NCBI GenBank assembly: GCA_001244265.2
Contig: CDLV01000012.1
Location: forward strand, 372,001 to 436,000
Origin: Microbotryum violaceum
Taxonomy: Eukaryota
DNA length: 64,000 nt
Direction of reading: 5' to 3'
A program made the position numbers and the translations under genes. Position 1 is the first letter of the stretch. The number at the start of each line of letters is the position of its first letter. Below, piece after piece: positions 1 through 13,830 of the stretch. The notes under the pieces are model-generated. The model saw nothing but the letters and a program-made list of their open reading frames with translations. It made no database searches and had not been told where the DNA came from.

Positions 1-2271
1 TACGATCGGAGACGCCTACCTCCACGACACGTTCGCCCTCCGTCGCGCAGCTTCGTGAAGACGGCTTGCCTCAAGTTAGAGAGGAGCACGCCGAGACCAG
101 CGATGCGGCGTCGCGTGGAACGCTTCCTCGATCAAGTGGTCAAGATCTCTTTGGTGCGCCTCAGCACGTCGTTGACGTCTTTGGAACCAAGTCTTCGGCG
201 CCGCCTTACGAATTCGATACCACGCCTGAGGAGTCAGTCGAGGTCATCTCGTTTCGAGAGCAGCTCGACGCAATTGCTGTCGACGTTTGGTTGGACTCGA
301 AGGCCACTCAGCGACTCCCAACAGCGGAAGAAGTTGCTCAGATCAAAGTGCAGGTCTCACGAGTCGACGCGGACCTTCAAGCGTTTGAGAGCGACACAAG
401 TGGTGCGGGTGTGTGGGCCGATCTCGACCCGTTGAAAGAACAGCTCAAGCGCAAGACGAAGAGTCTCGGCCAGGTCGAGAAGCTCGGTCACTTCAGTAAT
501 CTCGTTGCGCAGGCGGATAAGACGCTCAGCAAGCTACTCATCGTCATCGACTCGGTCACGATGGAATCCACCGACTTGGACGACGCGAGCTCGACGTCTT
601 CCCTGGCTAGTGATGGCGATTCTCTGGCGACGGCGACAGAGTACCCCGTTCCCGAGGCGCTGAGGTTGGCTGGTGAAGCTGTCACGCTCGTGCGCAAGAG
701 CGCAATCCCCTTTATCGACGACGATCGCGTGACCAAGAACGTCGAACGGATTGAAGAGACTTACGGCGAGATGTCGTCGATGGCGATGGACCTCGTGCCA
801 CGATCGCCCTCGCTTCCGAGCAGCAGTGGAGACGACATGTCTGACGCTGGAACCGAGCATGCTGCGCACGTTACCAAGGCCCTCTCCAACAGCACTCGAT
901 CCGCGTCGTCCTTGAGCTACGTCTCTTCTTCGGCTTCCGCTTCATCGAGTCGAGCTTCTTCGAGACAGTCGAATGCCTCCACCACGAGAACCCCCACGCG
1001 TCCCCGGCGGATTCCCTTCATGGGAGACCCCGAAGCGACCCCTCGTTGCCGCCCTTTCTTGCCCAGCATCGATGCTTCTCCTGCTTCTGCCAAGTTGGGC
1101 GTTCCTCCTGTACCCTCGTTTGGCTCCTCCGTCAAGTCTCGGGCTACCCATCGATCCGTCTCTTACAACCCTCCCTCTACGACGAAGCCGGTATCGACCT
1201 CGCGCCGATCCAATCGGCACGCCTCGAGCTCGGATACGTTCGACAGCCATAATATGCCTCTTTCCTTGGATGCTCCCCGCGGCAGCACCAGATCCCGCTC
1301 TGCGTCTCGAATGTCGCCGCGTCGTACCTCCAAGTCCTCCGCCCGGCCTCCACCACGAGCGCTATTCGATCAGGCGTCGACGTCGAAGAGCAAGCGCAAG
1401 TACCGTGCCAATCCATCACGACAAGTTGATGTCGAGGTCGGTCGAATCGTCAACGAGCTTGATGTAAGTCGAGTCGAAAGTCCGTGCCTGACAGGACTCG
1501 TCGTGCTCACGTTGACTCGGTTCCTGCAGATTGATGTACCGATTCAAGCTGCCGAAGACGCCCAGGGCTCGGACAGTGGACAGTACTGGATCGGAGATAG
1601 TGACACGGGTCGGTACTTCTACTGCCGCATCCTGCGCTCCAAGACGGTCATGGTTCGCGTCGGTGGGGGGTGGGAGAATCTTCACCAGTGAGTCCTAACC
1701 TTTTTACCGGCGTCGCAGATTGCTCTGATTTTCTGATGATCGTCTTCGTATTCCTGTTCTTAGTTTCATCGTGACTCGGTTCAATTCCAACAGCGTGGTC
1801 AACCTGTCTCCTCAACTGTCGCCCAGTTCAGCTCGACAGCTGAGTCCGGAGCCGAAGTGGATCACGGGTGGCGGCAGCGAGCGCGAGTCCGGTGGTCTCG
1901 CCGGTCGCACAAGCCTCACACCTTCCCGACTGGGGTCGAGTCTGCGCGTCTCGGAGCAACACCTCTCACCTCGCCTGTCGAACAGCTCGAAGCTTGCTTC
2001 ATCGCGATCGTCGTTGTTGTCGGTGTCGGCTTCTTCATTCACCGACTCGCTCGCGCTCGGAGTGGCGACGGGATCTTCGTCGAGATCGCGTCGGAGCTCG
2101 GTTTCGCATCATTTTGCTGGCGGATCCGAGTTGCGTGCTTCTCTCACGGCGGGCTCCCTCAATATAAATGGTTTTGCGCATGGGAGCACTCCGACCAGCC
2201 GGAACACAAGGTCTTTGAGTACGAGCGGGAGCAGTGGTACGCCAACCGTCAAATCGCCATGGCGGCCTTGA
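1..2271 (+). CDS. GAS2/GAR-domain microtubule-binding protein, 3' part (starts before window; introns near 1464-1530 and 1688-1762)
   Basis: Motif QYWIGD...YFYCRILRSKTVMVRVGGGWENL is the typical fungal GAS2 domain; preceded by coiled-coil and Ser-rich regions; GT-AG introns seen. Confidence 0.8.
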
Positions 2272-2693
2272 GGTTAACCACCCCACTTTCAAATTTCGAA
2301 TTCTGAGTTCGTTTCACGTTTGTATCAATGAGTACCCAGTTTTCTTGGTTATCGCTGTCTAGTGCTGTTTTGTTCTTGGTACCTCGGATTTCCTCCTTAT
2401 TTAACGCTAGCATGTTTTCGCAATACCTACATCTTGTCATTCTGTCCCACGCCATTGATGCTGCTGCAAAGTTGCTGGAACCATTTGCAAAGTTTCATTA
2501 GCGCTATCATATATCTACTACTAGCTCGGGCGCTAATTCCCCCCTGCTCGCCTCCGCCGCCTCCGCGCGCCTGCTGCGCTGGCCCCCACTTGTGGCTCGG
2601 GAATTGGTTGGCCTTCCTTTTCAACGCGCCTCGTACATCATCGATCATCGACCCGATTCGCGGCACTCGCCTCCTCGATTTGTCAAAGAAGCC

Positions 2694-5654
2694 ATGGCCT
2701 CGACGGAACCGATGGCGCGACCGCCGGCACAACGACGCAAGACGCTCGTCGGTGATCATCCGTTGTGCACCTCGGCCAGCATGGAGGAGATGTAAGTCAT
2801 CGATTCCATCGTAGGAAGCTAGCTCCCCCGGCGGCCTGGGCGATGGTTCAACGTTCAACCCTGGCGCGCGGGTCGATCGGAAGGGTCACTCAACTTGCCG
2901 AATTGGGCAAGTCTCTGCGTCGGCATGTGAGGCTGATCATCGTTTTGGTTGGTGTGGTGTGATCTGGAGATAGATACGAAGCCGGGGATGTGATTGGAAC
3001 GGGTAGCTTCGGGTAAGTAGTCCGTGCAGAGGCGCCTCTTGGCTGGTTCCGAACTGCGGCCAGGCTCGTTCCAGTGATCGTTCTACGCTCGCGCACACTC
3101 GACGTCATTGACATCGGTCTTGGGGCGCCGTCGTCGCGTATTTGACACCGTTTATCAGCATCATCCGAAAAGTCACACGAAAAGTCGATGGAGCTGTGAG
3201 TGCTTTGCGCCGCGGGTCCATCGAGCCGGGCGGCAAGTCGGGTCCGGTGTGGTACTCACGCCGATACTGCGATGCGCATGACAGGTCTTGGCTCGAAAGG
3301 AACTCAACTATGGTCGAATGGACGAACGTGACCTCAAGCAACTCACCGAGGAAGTGTGAGTCACGGGCCAGCGAGGATTGGCCAATGTCGGCGCACACTT
3401 TTCGTTCATTGATCGTCGGCCTACCCGACCTCTCGTTCACTCAGCAACATCCTCGAGCAACTCGGCTCGAACGACAACATCGTGCGCTACTATGAGCGTT
3501 TCGTCGACAAGCCCAACTCTATGTTGTACATTCTTATGGAGTATTGCGAAGGAGGCGACTTGGCAGGTGTCATTCATCGTTGCCGCAAGACTGGGTCAGT
3601 TGAAGCACCGGGGTCTATTCTTGAGTTTGGGGTCGGTGGGGCTAACTCACAGCCTATCATCTGATGCCACACAGGACGTACCTGAGCGAGGATGTCGTGT
3701 GGGCCTACTTGACGCAGATCACCTTGGCGCTGTACGACTGTCACACCGAGGTTGACACACGTGGTCGAAGGAAGCAGATCATCCTGCATCGCGACATCAA
3801 ACCCGAGAATGGTTCGTTTGCAAACGAGGCTATCTCATTCCCGCACAACGAGCTGATATCTGGTCGGCTGTATTTTACTGATGTTGGTCGCGCAGTGTTC
3901 CTCGACAAGGAGAACAATCTCAAGTTGGGCGATTTCGGGTTGAGCAAGGCGATGGCCCAAGCAGCGATGACCCAGACATATGTTGGCGTAAGAGGACGTA
4001 TCTTTCTCTCGCCGAGTTGTACAAGGCTGACATTAGGTATTACACAGACTCCGTACTACATGTCGCCCGAGTTGATCAATGGTCAACCATACGATGTCAA
4101 AAGTGACATATGGGCGTTGGGTTGTCTCATTTACGAGCTCTGCGCTGGGCAGTGAGTCCCCATAAAACACATACGCTGCCTTTGGAATGATTTACTGACA
4201 AATCGTTGTACGTCCATCTAGCCCTCCCTTCCATGAAGCGCGGACCCAACCTGAACTCGCCGTCATGATTCGCGAAGGCAAAATCCCCGATCTGCCCAAG
4301 CCCTATACCGCTCACCTCGGCCAAGTCGTCAAAGCGATGCTCAAACAGAGTGTAAGCCGGTTTTTCGAGCGGATCAAAATCGAACTCTTAGTTGAGCTTA
4401 CATTTTTTAATGTGTTTCGCTCGTCTAGCCCAAACACCGGCCCAACACATCGCAAATCAAAGCGCTTGACAACGTCAAACTGCAGATTCGTGCCCTCGAG
4501 CTGCGCAAAGCCACCAAGGAGTTGCGCATGCGTGATCACCAAATTGGGTTGCGAGAAGCCGATATCTTGGCGCGTGAAGCGGCAGTGCTGCAACGTGAGA
4601 AGAACGTCTTGCATCGCGAGGCCATGGCACGTCAGGCGGCAGAACAGATCAAGGAAGGGGAGATGGCGCTGGCGGCGAGGATCGCGGCGGCGAATCAGGC
4701 GGCACAACAGACGAATGGAGGGTGCGATGATGATCTGTCGAATGAGAGGGAGAACCAACGGCCTGTAGGTGGGATCGAACCGGAGGTGTTCAAGCGCGTC
4801 GCGAGTCGGCCGAGCTTGGTACCAAGGAGGCCATTGGATGAGAGGCGGGCAAGGTGAGCAGTTGCCCTGCTTCCAAAAGTGGGGAGTGATTCACTGACGA
4901 TCTGGTCGATTGACTCAGTGGTATCGCCTTCCCGCGTGTTTCTTCGGTCTCATCGTTGATGTCACTCGATGAGACGCCTATCAAGGTCACAGCCAACTCC
5001 GTGACTCGTCGTCGACTGGCCTCCAAGTCGATGCACAACCTCGCCTCGGCGGCTGGGTACGCGTCCTCGGTCAACTCGACCCCCTCGCGCCCCGCTTCGT
5101 CGGCTTCGAATGGGTCGTCTTCGTCAATGGCACCCTCACCTCGAATTGGTCAAAACGAATTCCTGTCCGCTCGGCGGAGTCAAACCGCCGTCAGCCCGAG
5201 CCGTGGAGCAAGTCTGAGTCGATCATCCCATGAGCGAGCCTCGACGCTCACAATCCCGACGTCACCTTGCCCCGCCCCTTACTCTGGGTCAACGATTCCC
5301 CCTGTGCCGCAATCACCGAAACGAGCACACATCGCCCCGGCTGCTACAAACGCCTCGGGGAGGCATTCGAACCCTTGTGAAGATGATGGGGACGTTCCCT
5401 CGCCCTTTTTGAAGAAGGCCGATCCGTCTCGATTTCCTCTCCCCCCTCCACCTGCTGCGGCAACTGGGCGAACTTCGGCGACGGTTTCAGGTCGAGGACC
5501 GGGTCGAGCCCTAGGTGCAGGAGCGAGTCGTGCCAGCTTGGGTGGTAAACCCGTCTCGATGGCTTCCAAGCTGTTGAGTGCTCGAGCTCAAGCGCAAGCC
5601 GGTGTCGATGAGGTCGGTCGAAGATTGAGTGGGTTGACCGCCGGCCGAGCATGA
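2694..5654 (+). CDS. NIMA/NEK-family (NimA/Fin1/Kin3-like) Ser/Thr kinase, multi-exon; start uncertain
   Basis: Exons encode YEAGDVIGTGSFG, YILMEYCEGGDL, ILHRDIKPEN, KLGDFGLSK, TPYYMSPE and DIWALGC, followed by a coiled coil and a Ser/Pro-rich tail. Confidence 0.85.
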
Positions 5655-6415
5655 AGTAGACCCGGGGTCACGCTTTTCACGGTGACGTCGTCGACGCACA
5701 CACGCTATATATCTCTGACTTCATCTACTGTATTTTACCTGTACTACCGTGGAGTTTTCCAATTCCTTTGTTTCTTATCATCCAGGACGTGCGAGGTCCT
5801 GTTTTGCAGGGCGGCGTGACCATTACTTCTTATTCTTTTTGTACGAGCATCGTCGATTTCTTCGCATACCCCAACCCAGCTGCCTTGGCTTTGGGCGCAC
5901 CCTTTCTTTATTCCTGCTTGCAATGAGCGACCTTGTGAATGTTTTCTTTCTGATGTTTGGGAGATGAAACGCAATTCTGCGTGGCTGATGCAGGTGCAGT
6001 CGAGCAAGCTAAGCGGGCGGAGTGGTGAGCGAGGGTGAGCGCGCTAACACGTCTCGGGACTGTCGCGGGAGGTCCGTCTAGGTCCGTTTGCCTCCTGCCC
6101 CTTGTCACGCGTTTGCCCAAGTTCATACTCCCCTACGCACGCTTCAACCACGTGACTCGTGCGTATCAGCGACCTATGATCCATCTGATGCGTATCATCT
6201 ACTGACTGGACCAATTTCTACCGCCTGCAGAGCACGTCCCCCACTGCGAGTCCGACTGTCCGAGTCGACTCTCTGTCAGCCCGCCAAGGGCTCCACTTGC
6301 TCAGACTTGCTCGCGTCCGCTGCTCGTCAGCGCGTCAGCTGCTTCGCTCAGCGCCCGGCTCCACGCCCCCCCTCTTTCTTGTTGGTGGCCCACCGCAGTA
6401 GTCTCGGTGCAGACC

Positions 6416-8404
6416 ATGGCCGCCGTGGCATCCAACTCGGCTTCGACGTCCAGTCTCGGCCAGCAGCATGGCACGCCCCGCCAGCAGAAGAAGCTGTTCC
6501 GCTCCATTTCGAGGTTCCTCAGTGGCGGGCGTAGTCGACCCAAGCTAGCGTCCGAGTCGGGCTCACGTACGACCGTCCCCGCCGCCGTCGCGCCGAACCA
6601 GCGAACGACGGCCGCCCCACCTCCACATGCCACCGCCGCAGGCACATCATCCCCCGCTTCCGCAACTGGACCCCGCACCTTCGGAACGGATAGTGCTCAG
6701 TCCAGTCCACGTGTGAACAATGGTACAGCCACGAGAAGTGCACCGTATGTCGACCACGTGCCCATGGAGTACATCGGACGAGGCGCAGCAGCGGGACCAC
6801 CCCCGGCCTTGGGCGTTCGCACGAGTCAAATCACCGCCAGTTCGGGAGGGTACGACGAAGAGGACGAGCTATATCCGCATTCGAGACGGTCCATGATCTC
6901 GTCCGATGCTCCAACGCGCCACTACGACGATGACGATTGCGAGACCGACAACTACTCGGTCGGCGCCGACACGGACGCTTCGATTCGACCCATCTCACCA
7001 GCATCTTACGCCCCGTCCTCGATCGCGTCGTCCTCTTTCGCGCCGACGCATGCGACACAACGAAGCTCGACCTCGACAAAGCCGACGACCCATCTGTCGA
7101 TCGACTCGGGGGGAGCAAACCGCATCGCCGTCGTGCCTGGGACGGGTATGCTCTTCTCCGGCACCCCAGCCCATGCGGGTTTCTTGTCGGCAACAGCGCC
7201 TTCCTCGAGTCCTTTGGCGAGCGTACCACCTGTGAATGCTCCTCAACCCGGCGACACGTTGCAGGACGAGCAGAGCACGATCTCAGCCGCCACCTCGGCC
7301 GGTCCCTCGACGCCGACTAGGGAGATTGCCGAGCCTTCACTGACCCATCTAGCTCCCAAAGGATCTCTGGCACCCCACGACGCGTCGATTCTAGGCGCTA
7401 CTCACGCCGCCAACGTCCCCGGTCATACGCTCGCTCACCCTCGCAACAACCCTCATCCGAACGGACCCCCACCGGACAACGCCTCTATGATCACGCTCGC
7501 TTCCTCGTCCTTCGCACCTTCCGTCTTTGCGCGCGGGCCGGCGTCTCCGTCCATGCATGCCGTGTCGGGGATCCAGAGGATATGGAAGGAGGGAGGTGGA
7601 GTACCCTCGACCTCGGGCATCACCGCCGATGAAGATGCTTCCGTCCGAGCGTTGGCGCCGAGTCGAAGAGCCAGCGACGAATCTTTGGGCAGTCGCAGTA
7701 CGTGGTCGGCCGCAGTCGGGCGAGTCGGACTTGGCGGCCCCGCACTTTCCATCAAGGGTCGAACGCCGAGCATCAGGACGACAGGGACCGGTGCCGAAGA
7801 CCTTGAGTCGGCCGGGCCGGAGCCGGACATCGAGACCGAGGCGCAGAAGGTCGTTCGAAGGGAAGGCGCGAGGAACGATGCCGTCGTGGCCAAGTTCGAC
7901 TCGTTGTCAGCGGCGAATGCAGGTGATGCGGGATCCCTTCGATCCGCACCGTTCATGCTTGGCTCGGGTGGTCTGAGTCGATACCTTTCTGCGTCCGACT
8001 CGGTCAAACGCGGATCACCTTCGATCTCATCATCGTTGCGCGGGATCGCGCCGGCGCCCAGCGAGAAGGGTTTCGGCGATGATGAGGACGACGTCAACTC
8101 TTATGTCGGTACCGAAAGGGACGATGAGGATGCCGCGACGGCGGGGGAGGGAGAAGAGGCTAACGAGAGAGAGTTGCCGAGTCACGCTGCTGCGGAATCG
8201 GATATCATGATATCTGCCACGCCGGAGGAGGCTCACACGGATCATGTCGACAACGAGGCCAGCGAGTCTAATGGACAAAGACGACAATCACTGTTACTGT
8301 CGATGGAACTCGGAACACCGAGACTGGGGCAAGCTGAATTGGTTACGCCGAGGGTCGGGAAAGGAGGCGCCTTTTGGAGGGGCGATGTCGTCGTGCCATC
8401 GTGA
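6416..8404 (+). CDS. Uncharacterised low-complexity protein (~660 aa)
   Basis: Long uninterrupted ORF with short conserved-looking islands (HPRNNPHPNGPPPDNASMITLASSS; DEDASVRALAPSRRASDES) in disordered sequence. Confidence 0.7.
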   Translation: MAAVASNSASTSSLGQQHGTPRQQKKLFRSISRFLSGGRSRPKLASESGSRTTVPAAVAPNQRTTAAPPPHATAAGTSSPASATGPRTFGTDSAQSSPRVNNGTATRSAPYVDHVPMEYIGRGAAAGPPPALGVRTSQITASSGGYDEEDELYPHSRRSMISSDAPTRHYDDDDCETDNYSVGADTDASIRPISPASYAPSSIASSSFAPTHATQRSSTSTKPTTHLSIDSGGANRIAVVPGTGMLFSGTPAHAGFLSATAPSSSPLASVPPVNAPQPGDTLQDEQSTISAATSAGPSTPTREIAEPSLTHLAPKGSLAPHDASILGATHAANVPGHTLAHPRNNPHPNGPPPDNASMITLASSSFAPSVFARGPASPSMHAVSGIQRIWKEGGGVPSTSGITADEDASVRALAPSRRASDESLGSRSTWSAAVGRVGLGGPALSIKGRTPSIRTTGTGAEDLESAGPEPDIETEAQKVVRREGARNDAVVAKFDSLSAANAGDAGSLRSAPFMLGSGGLSRYLSASDSVKRGSPSISSSLRGIAPAPSEKGFGDDEDDVNSYVGTERDDEDAATAGEGEEANERELPSHAAAESDIMISATPEEAHTDHVDNEASESNGQRRQSLLLSMELGTPRLGQAELVTPRVGKGGAFWRGDVVVPS

Positions 8405-8792
8405 GAACAGAGAAGGGTGATCCCTCTATCGATTTCTTGATTTGCCAAGACCAGATAGTGTTTCTTTTTGTAATTGAACACTTCGCGTTCCTTGTTCATG
8501 TGCGACTTCGTGAATCAGCGATCGAATGAAGACTGCATCGTATAAATTGGTCAGGATATGATATTCTTAAAGAGTGAAGACGCGCCTACATTAAGTATAA
8601 TATTCGACCGATTCAATACACTACATGAAGATGAAGATGATAATGATAAGGATACGAACGATCAAGAGTTATCGCCGTGCCTCGTGAAACAGCTGAGGAC
8701 GTTGCAAGCACAGTCCACAGAGCTAGTGGTACAACACCCAGAAGTACAACAGCTGAACTTTCGTGAACTTTCGTGTTGAAAAAAAAAAACCC

Positions 8793-10882
8793 CTAAGCTT
8801 GTTGGACCATCGTTGGCTCGAGGGTCGTCGACGTTGGCAGGACATACTGCAGCCCATCCTGTACGACCCTAGCGTCGATACCGGCTCCCGTCGGCGATCG
8901 CCCCCTCGCATCTTGGGTTGGGTAAGGCGTGCGAAGGTTGTTGTTGGACCTCACTTTCCTCGCCAGACTGGCGTTCGAGCCTCGTCGGTCGATCATCGAT
9001 CCGGATTGGGGACCAGCGCCTCCTAACCATTGGCCCTGTTCGGGTGAGGTTGCGGGCGGGGGGATGGAACCCGTGGGTGCCATCGAGTAGGCAGGGTCAA
9101 TGCCGCCACTTCGCTCAGGAATCGAGTGGAGGGATCCACGCCTTCCGTACGCTGCTCGATCGACCGTGGGAAAGTAGTTCACCGCGGGCGTCGTCTGAGG
9201 CCATGCGCCATAGACGTACTCCGTCGTCGGAACGGAGGACGGGGCAAAAGCCGGTGCAGCGTACGCGGTGCGAACGTCGGCGCCGACAGGCCATTGCGGC
9301 GCGGCGACACCCCCGATGCGCGTCGGCGACGTCACGACGTTCGCGTTGGATCCGTTAGCAAGGTTCAGCGTCGCGTCAAACGCTTGATCTAGGGCTTGCA
9401 CGGAGCCGCGATGTTCGGCCAGTCGGGAGTTGTTGGCAAGCTGGGGGTCGAGGGGGAGATTGAAAGATGAGGTCGAGGGGTGGTGGTGCGAAACGATCGA
9501 GTACGTGTCGGCTATGTCCTCGTGCAGGTCCGAGCCCTCGTCGTCATCGCATCGACTGGTGTAGTCGTACTCGCGATACACGTGCGTGAGCTGAGGATCG
9601 ATAGGGGGTGTCGCGTAGGCCAATGAGTGGTGGCCCTCTGCGGCACTGTGATAACTGCTCTGCGTCCCTGCGCCATCGTAGGCCGGTAAGGAGAACCGTT
9701 GTGGTGCCTGCGATGTGACGTATACTTGTTCCGTCGCGCCGTCGGTCAAGCCGGCCGGGAGCGCATCGAGAGGGGAATCATGATTCCGGAGCGATGTTGG
9801 GGTCGGATACCCTCCTCGGCCCGTCGGTTGACCGTACACGTTCATCGAGGCGTGCGCAGGAAAAGCGGTCGCATAGATGGGCCCACTCGTAGATGGCGGC
9901 CACCCCGGATGGTCGTAGTAACCATCAGGTGGGGACTGCGAGCTCTTACGATTCGGGGCGGAGGGAGCGGCGCAGGAATCGAAGCCGTAGTCAGGCTGGT
10001 GAGCGTAATCGCCACCATTCGCTGCGTAGCTCTCATAGTACGTGCCGTGCTCCTGCGCGTTCTGCCCGTCGGCGTGCGCCCAGTATTGCTGCTCTCCTAT
10101 GCTCGCATCCTCCGGGTGCACTCGTGCCGATCCGTCAACCGACGCGGGGTCGATTCCATCCTTTACGGCCTTCTCACGCAGCTTCTTGATTTTGGCGCGA
10201 CGATTTTGGAACTACAAAAGACAGAAGATGGAATGCATAAGCGCCAAGCCCCGAATGCGAAGTATATGGTGCGATGCTCAATCTTACCCAAACTTGTACC
10301 TCTCGAGGGGTCATCTCGAGTTGTTCCGACAGCGCCTTACGAACATTGACATCAGGCTTGGGGTTTCGCCCAAAGTGGTGCTCGAGAACCTTGAGCTGCT
10401 GCGGTGATGTCCGTCGTCGGTGTTTGACACTGTCAAGCCCATAGCGCCCACAGAAGTCAGCAATCAGATCGGCGTTGTTCACCATAAATTACCTTGATCA
10501 GCACTTACCGAAGGGGATCGTAGCTGGCCGGGTCGTCATCACCATACGGCTTGTCGTCATGGTTCGTCTCTACTTCTTCTCCCAGTGTTTGTGTTCGACG
10601 AGAGCCCGACGCCGATCCAGCGGTACTGTCGACTCCGCTATTGGGAGACACTTGCGAGGACGTAAATTTTACACCGTTCATTTGCTGTGTAGCCTCAGAG
10701 GCGAGGTACTGAGATTGGTGATTCGGGTAGCTCTGGTGGAACCCTGGAATGGAGGTCCCAGTAGATGAGCCCGGTTGCGATTCGGGGTAGTGGGGTTCCG
10801 AGGCTTGGACAGAGTGGAGCGATGCCGGGGTTGAGGAAGGTTGCAGATATACGGGAGGGGAGATTGAAAATGCAGAGCTCAT
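8793..10882 (-). CDS. Homeodomain transcription factor (exons ~10882-10509, 10429-10288, 10211-8793)
   Basis: Spliced homeodomain RVKHRRRTSPQQLKVLEHHFGRNPKPDVNVRKALSEQLEMTPREVQVW|FQNRRAKIKK; canonical GT-AG introns keep the frame. Confidence 0.9.
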
Positions 10883-13830
10883 GGCTGTGCAACCCAAGCA
10901 AGGTGCCGCGCACGGTAGAGGAGTGGAAAGTGGATTGTGATCGACGAAGCGAATGGTAGCGGTGTGGTCAGCGTTAATCTTCTGAACGATAGCGGGCAGT
11001 GGATCCCCATCCATGGACAAGCTGCGACGATAGATCAGCAACGCAACTATGGTGTGGCGCAGTTGCCATCGATGGGCCTGTTGGCAAGGTCCACCACGCC
11101 CCCGGGATCCGGACAGGGCGCCAACCCCTCTCGCCCGCCCCGCACTCGCGAGAGCAACCGACGACTGAGATCAACGGGTGCCAAGAACGCGTCGTTGCGA
11201 ATAAAGCAGGTCGACCACACAAGGGCTCTAACCGGGGGTTCACTCCAATACCAAAACTCTGCATAAAACTCCGCACGACGCTTGTCACCGACATTGGGTG
11301 CAACACCCGACGGCCGGCATCGGTGGGTTTGGGCGCGCGCGCCGTGCGCCAGAGAGCTGAGGCGACTTTCGGTCCGATGCGAGTCGAAACCCACCAACTC
11401 GCGCGAGCGACCAAATGCTGATCGAAATAGACCTGGCTCGGGAAAGAACAGCCCAAGAGTTGCCAAAAACTCACCAGGTTGCACGGAAAAAATTGTGACC
11501 GGAAGTCGTTCCTCGAGTGGAACAGCGGCAGGATTTACGAGGCCAGTGCAGATCCCGAAGGTTGTGCGTCTCAAAGAAAGGTTTCAGTTGCGGTGGTGGG
11601 GCGACCCGTTGGACGGCAGCGCGGGGGGCGCCGAACGGTGGGCGATCGGGCCTAGTGCGCGTAGCCTCGCAAGTGATCGCTTTGGTCCCCAAGTCGACTC
11701 AGGGGCGAATCTTAGAGGGTGCGAATAGACGGAGCGGCTGAGGAAACGACGGTGGCTGCTGCTGCAGGTGTCGACTAGGCCGCGTAAAGAGGTAACGCAC
11801 ACGAGTCGTTACGCGATCGCGGCAACCGGCGAGAGAAAGTGGCGGTCCGGAGCCCGTCGCCGTCGGAGTAAGAGTGGAGCGGCCCTCTGCGGGCAGGGCG
11901 GCTTCGGAGCACTGGGCCGTGTCGGGCACGACTGGGGGTTTCGACGGTGGGTCGTCGATACGGAGCTCCGAGGGACCGTGAAGGAAGTCGGAGTCGATGC
12001 AAGGAGAGAGGTGGTCGCGTGCCGTCGACTCTGTGCGTGGATGGGTGCAACCCAAAAGTCGTGCAGTCGATATGGGGGGAGATGAAGCAGTGAGCCTGAG
12101 TCGAGGACTGGGTCGGCTTTCGGGGCGTGGGCGAGGAACCAGAATCGCGCTCGGGAAGGGGGAGGGGAGGTGCCTGTGCGCACGATCTTAGTCTGACGAA
12201 CGCAAGCGCCGCCGAGAGGTCGAACGGCGGGCCAATTGGCTGCAAAAGCGTTTCAAGTTCAGCGGGTGCCTATGTTGTGAGCCTGCGGAACATGGGTGAG
12301 GCTTTGCGAGTCGGAATCCAAAAAGGAAGCGTCGAGCGAGCTTCCTTGAGTTCGGAGACCTGCTCCAACAGGCCCAGACAAGAACGGCGGGTTCGGAGAC
12401 GAACAAGATTTGAGCCCAGCCGAGCGCCGAGATCCCGCCTCGGTCTAGGCCCTCCCGCGCGTTGGCCATCGCCAAACAGCCTGCACAGGGCAGGCCAGAC
12501 CGCCGCGGTCCTGCCCAACTCGATGTGCATCAGATTCGGCTGGCAAGTGGCACCAAGTCCGACCGCACGACTGCAAGAAAATTCGTAGTCAGGATAAGCA
12601 GGTACGTACTTGTGTCTCATGCTGGAAAACGACATGACTTCCGCAACGCTTCGTGGTAAGACTTGCGCTCGATCTCTGATGTAAGAAAGAGTGTCTTTCA
12701 ACACTGCTGTACGGGTGCATTATCACCCTACATCCTGCTATGACTTCGATTCCAATCCCGTTCTTGGGCACAAAACCGATCGATCAACAGGCTCTTGTGA
12801 CTCCTGAATGCAAGGCTAATAGGTATTCTCATTAGGCTAGCTTTACAATCATTTCCTCGAGTGAATACCTGTATAGCACACAAAACAGACAACTGAAATG
12901 GTCTATTCCTGGTCCCTATAAGATTCCGGGGCCCGGTGGCACGTAGTACTGTGCAACGTGCCCGCCGTCGGCAAGCTGTTACAGCTCCTAGGATATCCTG
13001 GGCACGACGGGACGTCGCTGTGGCCTCGGCAATGCGGTACGGCTTGGCACCTATGTATCGCTCAGTTTTCATACCTAGTCGTAAACCAGTAACCTGGTGC
13101 CTTGTTTCCGCGTGGGCTCCATGTGAAACGGGCACCTGGCACGGGGAACAGTCGAACCCGCACGCGATGGGTACCTGACGAACTGCCTTCTCAGACTTGC
13201 TGAAGCCGAAGCTCGAACCTGACCGCATTGGCGTCGCAATTACTTCAAGCTGATCCGGTTCGGTTAATGTTGGAACCCTACAAAACCTTTCTGAAAGGCG
13301 AGCAACAATTTTACGTCAGGTAGTTTTCCGGCGGTGACAGGGGTCGCGTCGGAGGGCACGAGCTACGCCTGGCGCCGTCGATCGTCAAATGACAGAAGCC
13401 GCCGAGCGGCACTCCATATGCACTTCTGTTCCGTTTCAATTTCTGAAAGCTTCTGAGTTCCAAGGCCAAGACATCCCACCGCAACGGGTTCCCAGCCCAG
13501 TCAACACTCTCCAAGAAATCCTGGGACCACTCCATGACCACCTATATCCCCGTGTAGCGAGGCGGCGGACACAAAAATGACCTCGATCCCTGAAGGATAT
13601 GGCCTGGGGGTAGCCCACCATAGCTCAGCCTGGCGCGCACCTTAGCTCCCTGGGCTTACTCACGCCCGTCTCGTCTGTGACTACAGACGTGCTTCATAAT
13701 TAGCGGTAAAACCGACGTCGGGAATCTTCAGAGTTTCGAAAATCCCGATGACGCTCTTCGTGCCCTAGTCATCTCCGCCCCTGACGATTTCATTTTCGCG
13801 AAATGGCGATCTTTTGCAGTTCACGACACC

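Noticed and set aside
12821-12870. aggtattc/gaatacct inverted repeat
   Set aside because: An 8-bp core with weak extension can arise by chance
13610-13760. tRNA-like A-box (tagctcagcctgg)
   Set aside because: No complementary D stem, no properly placed GTTC T-loop and no acceptor stem
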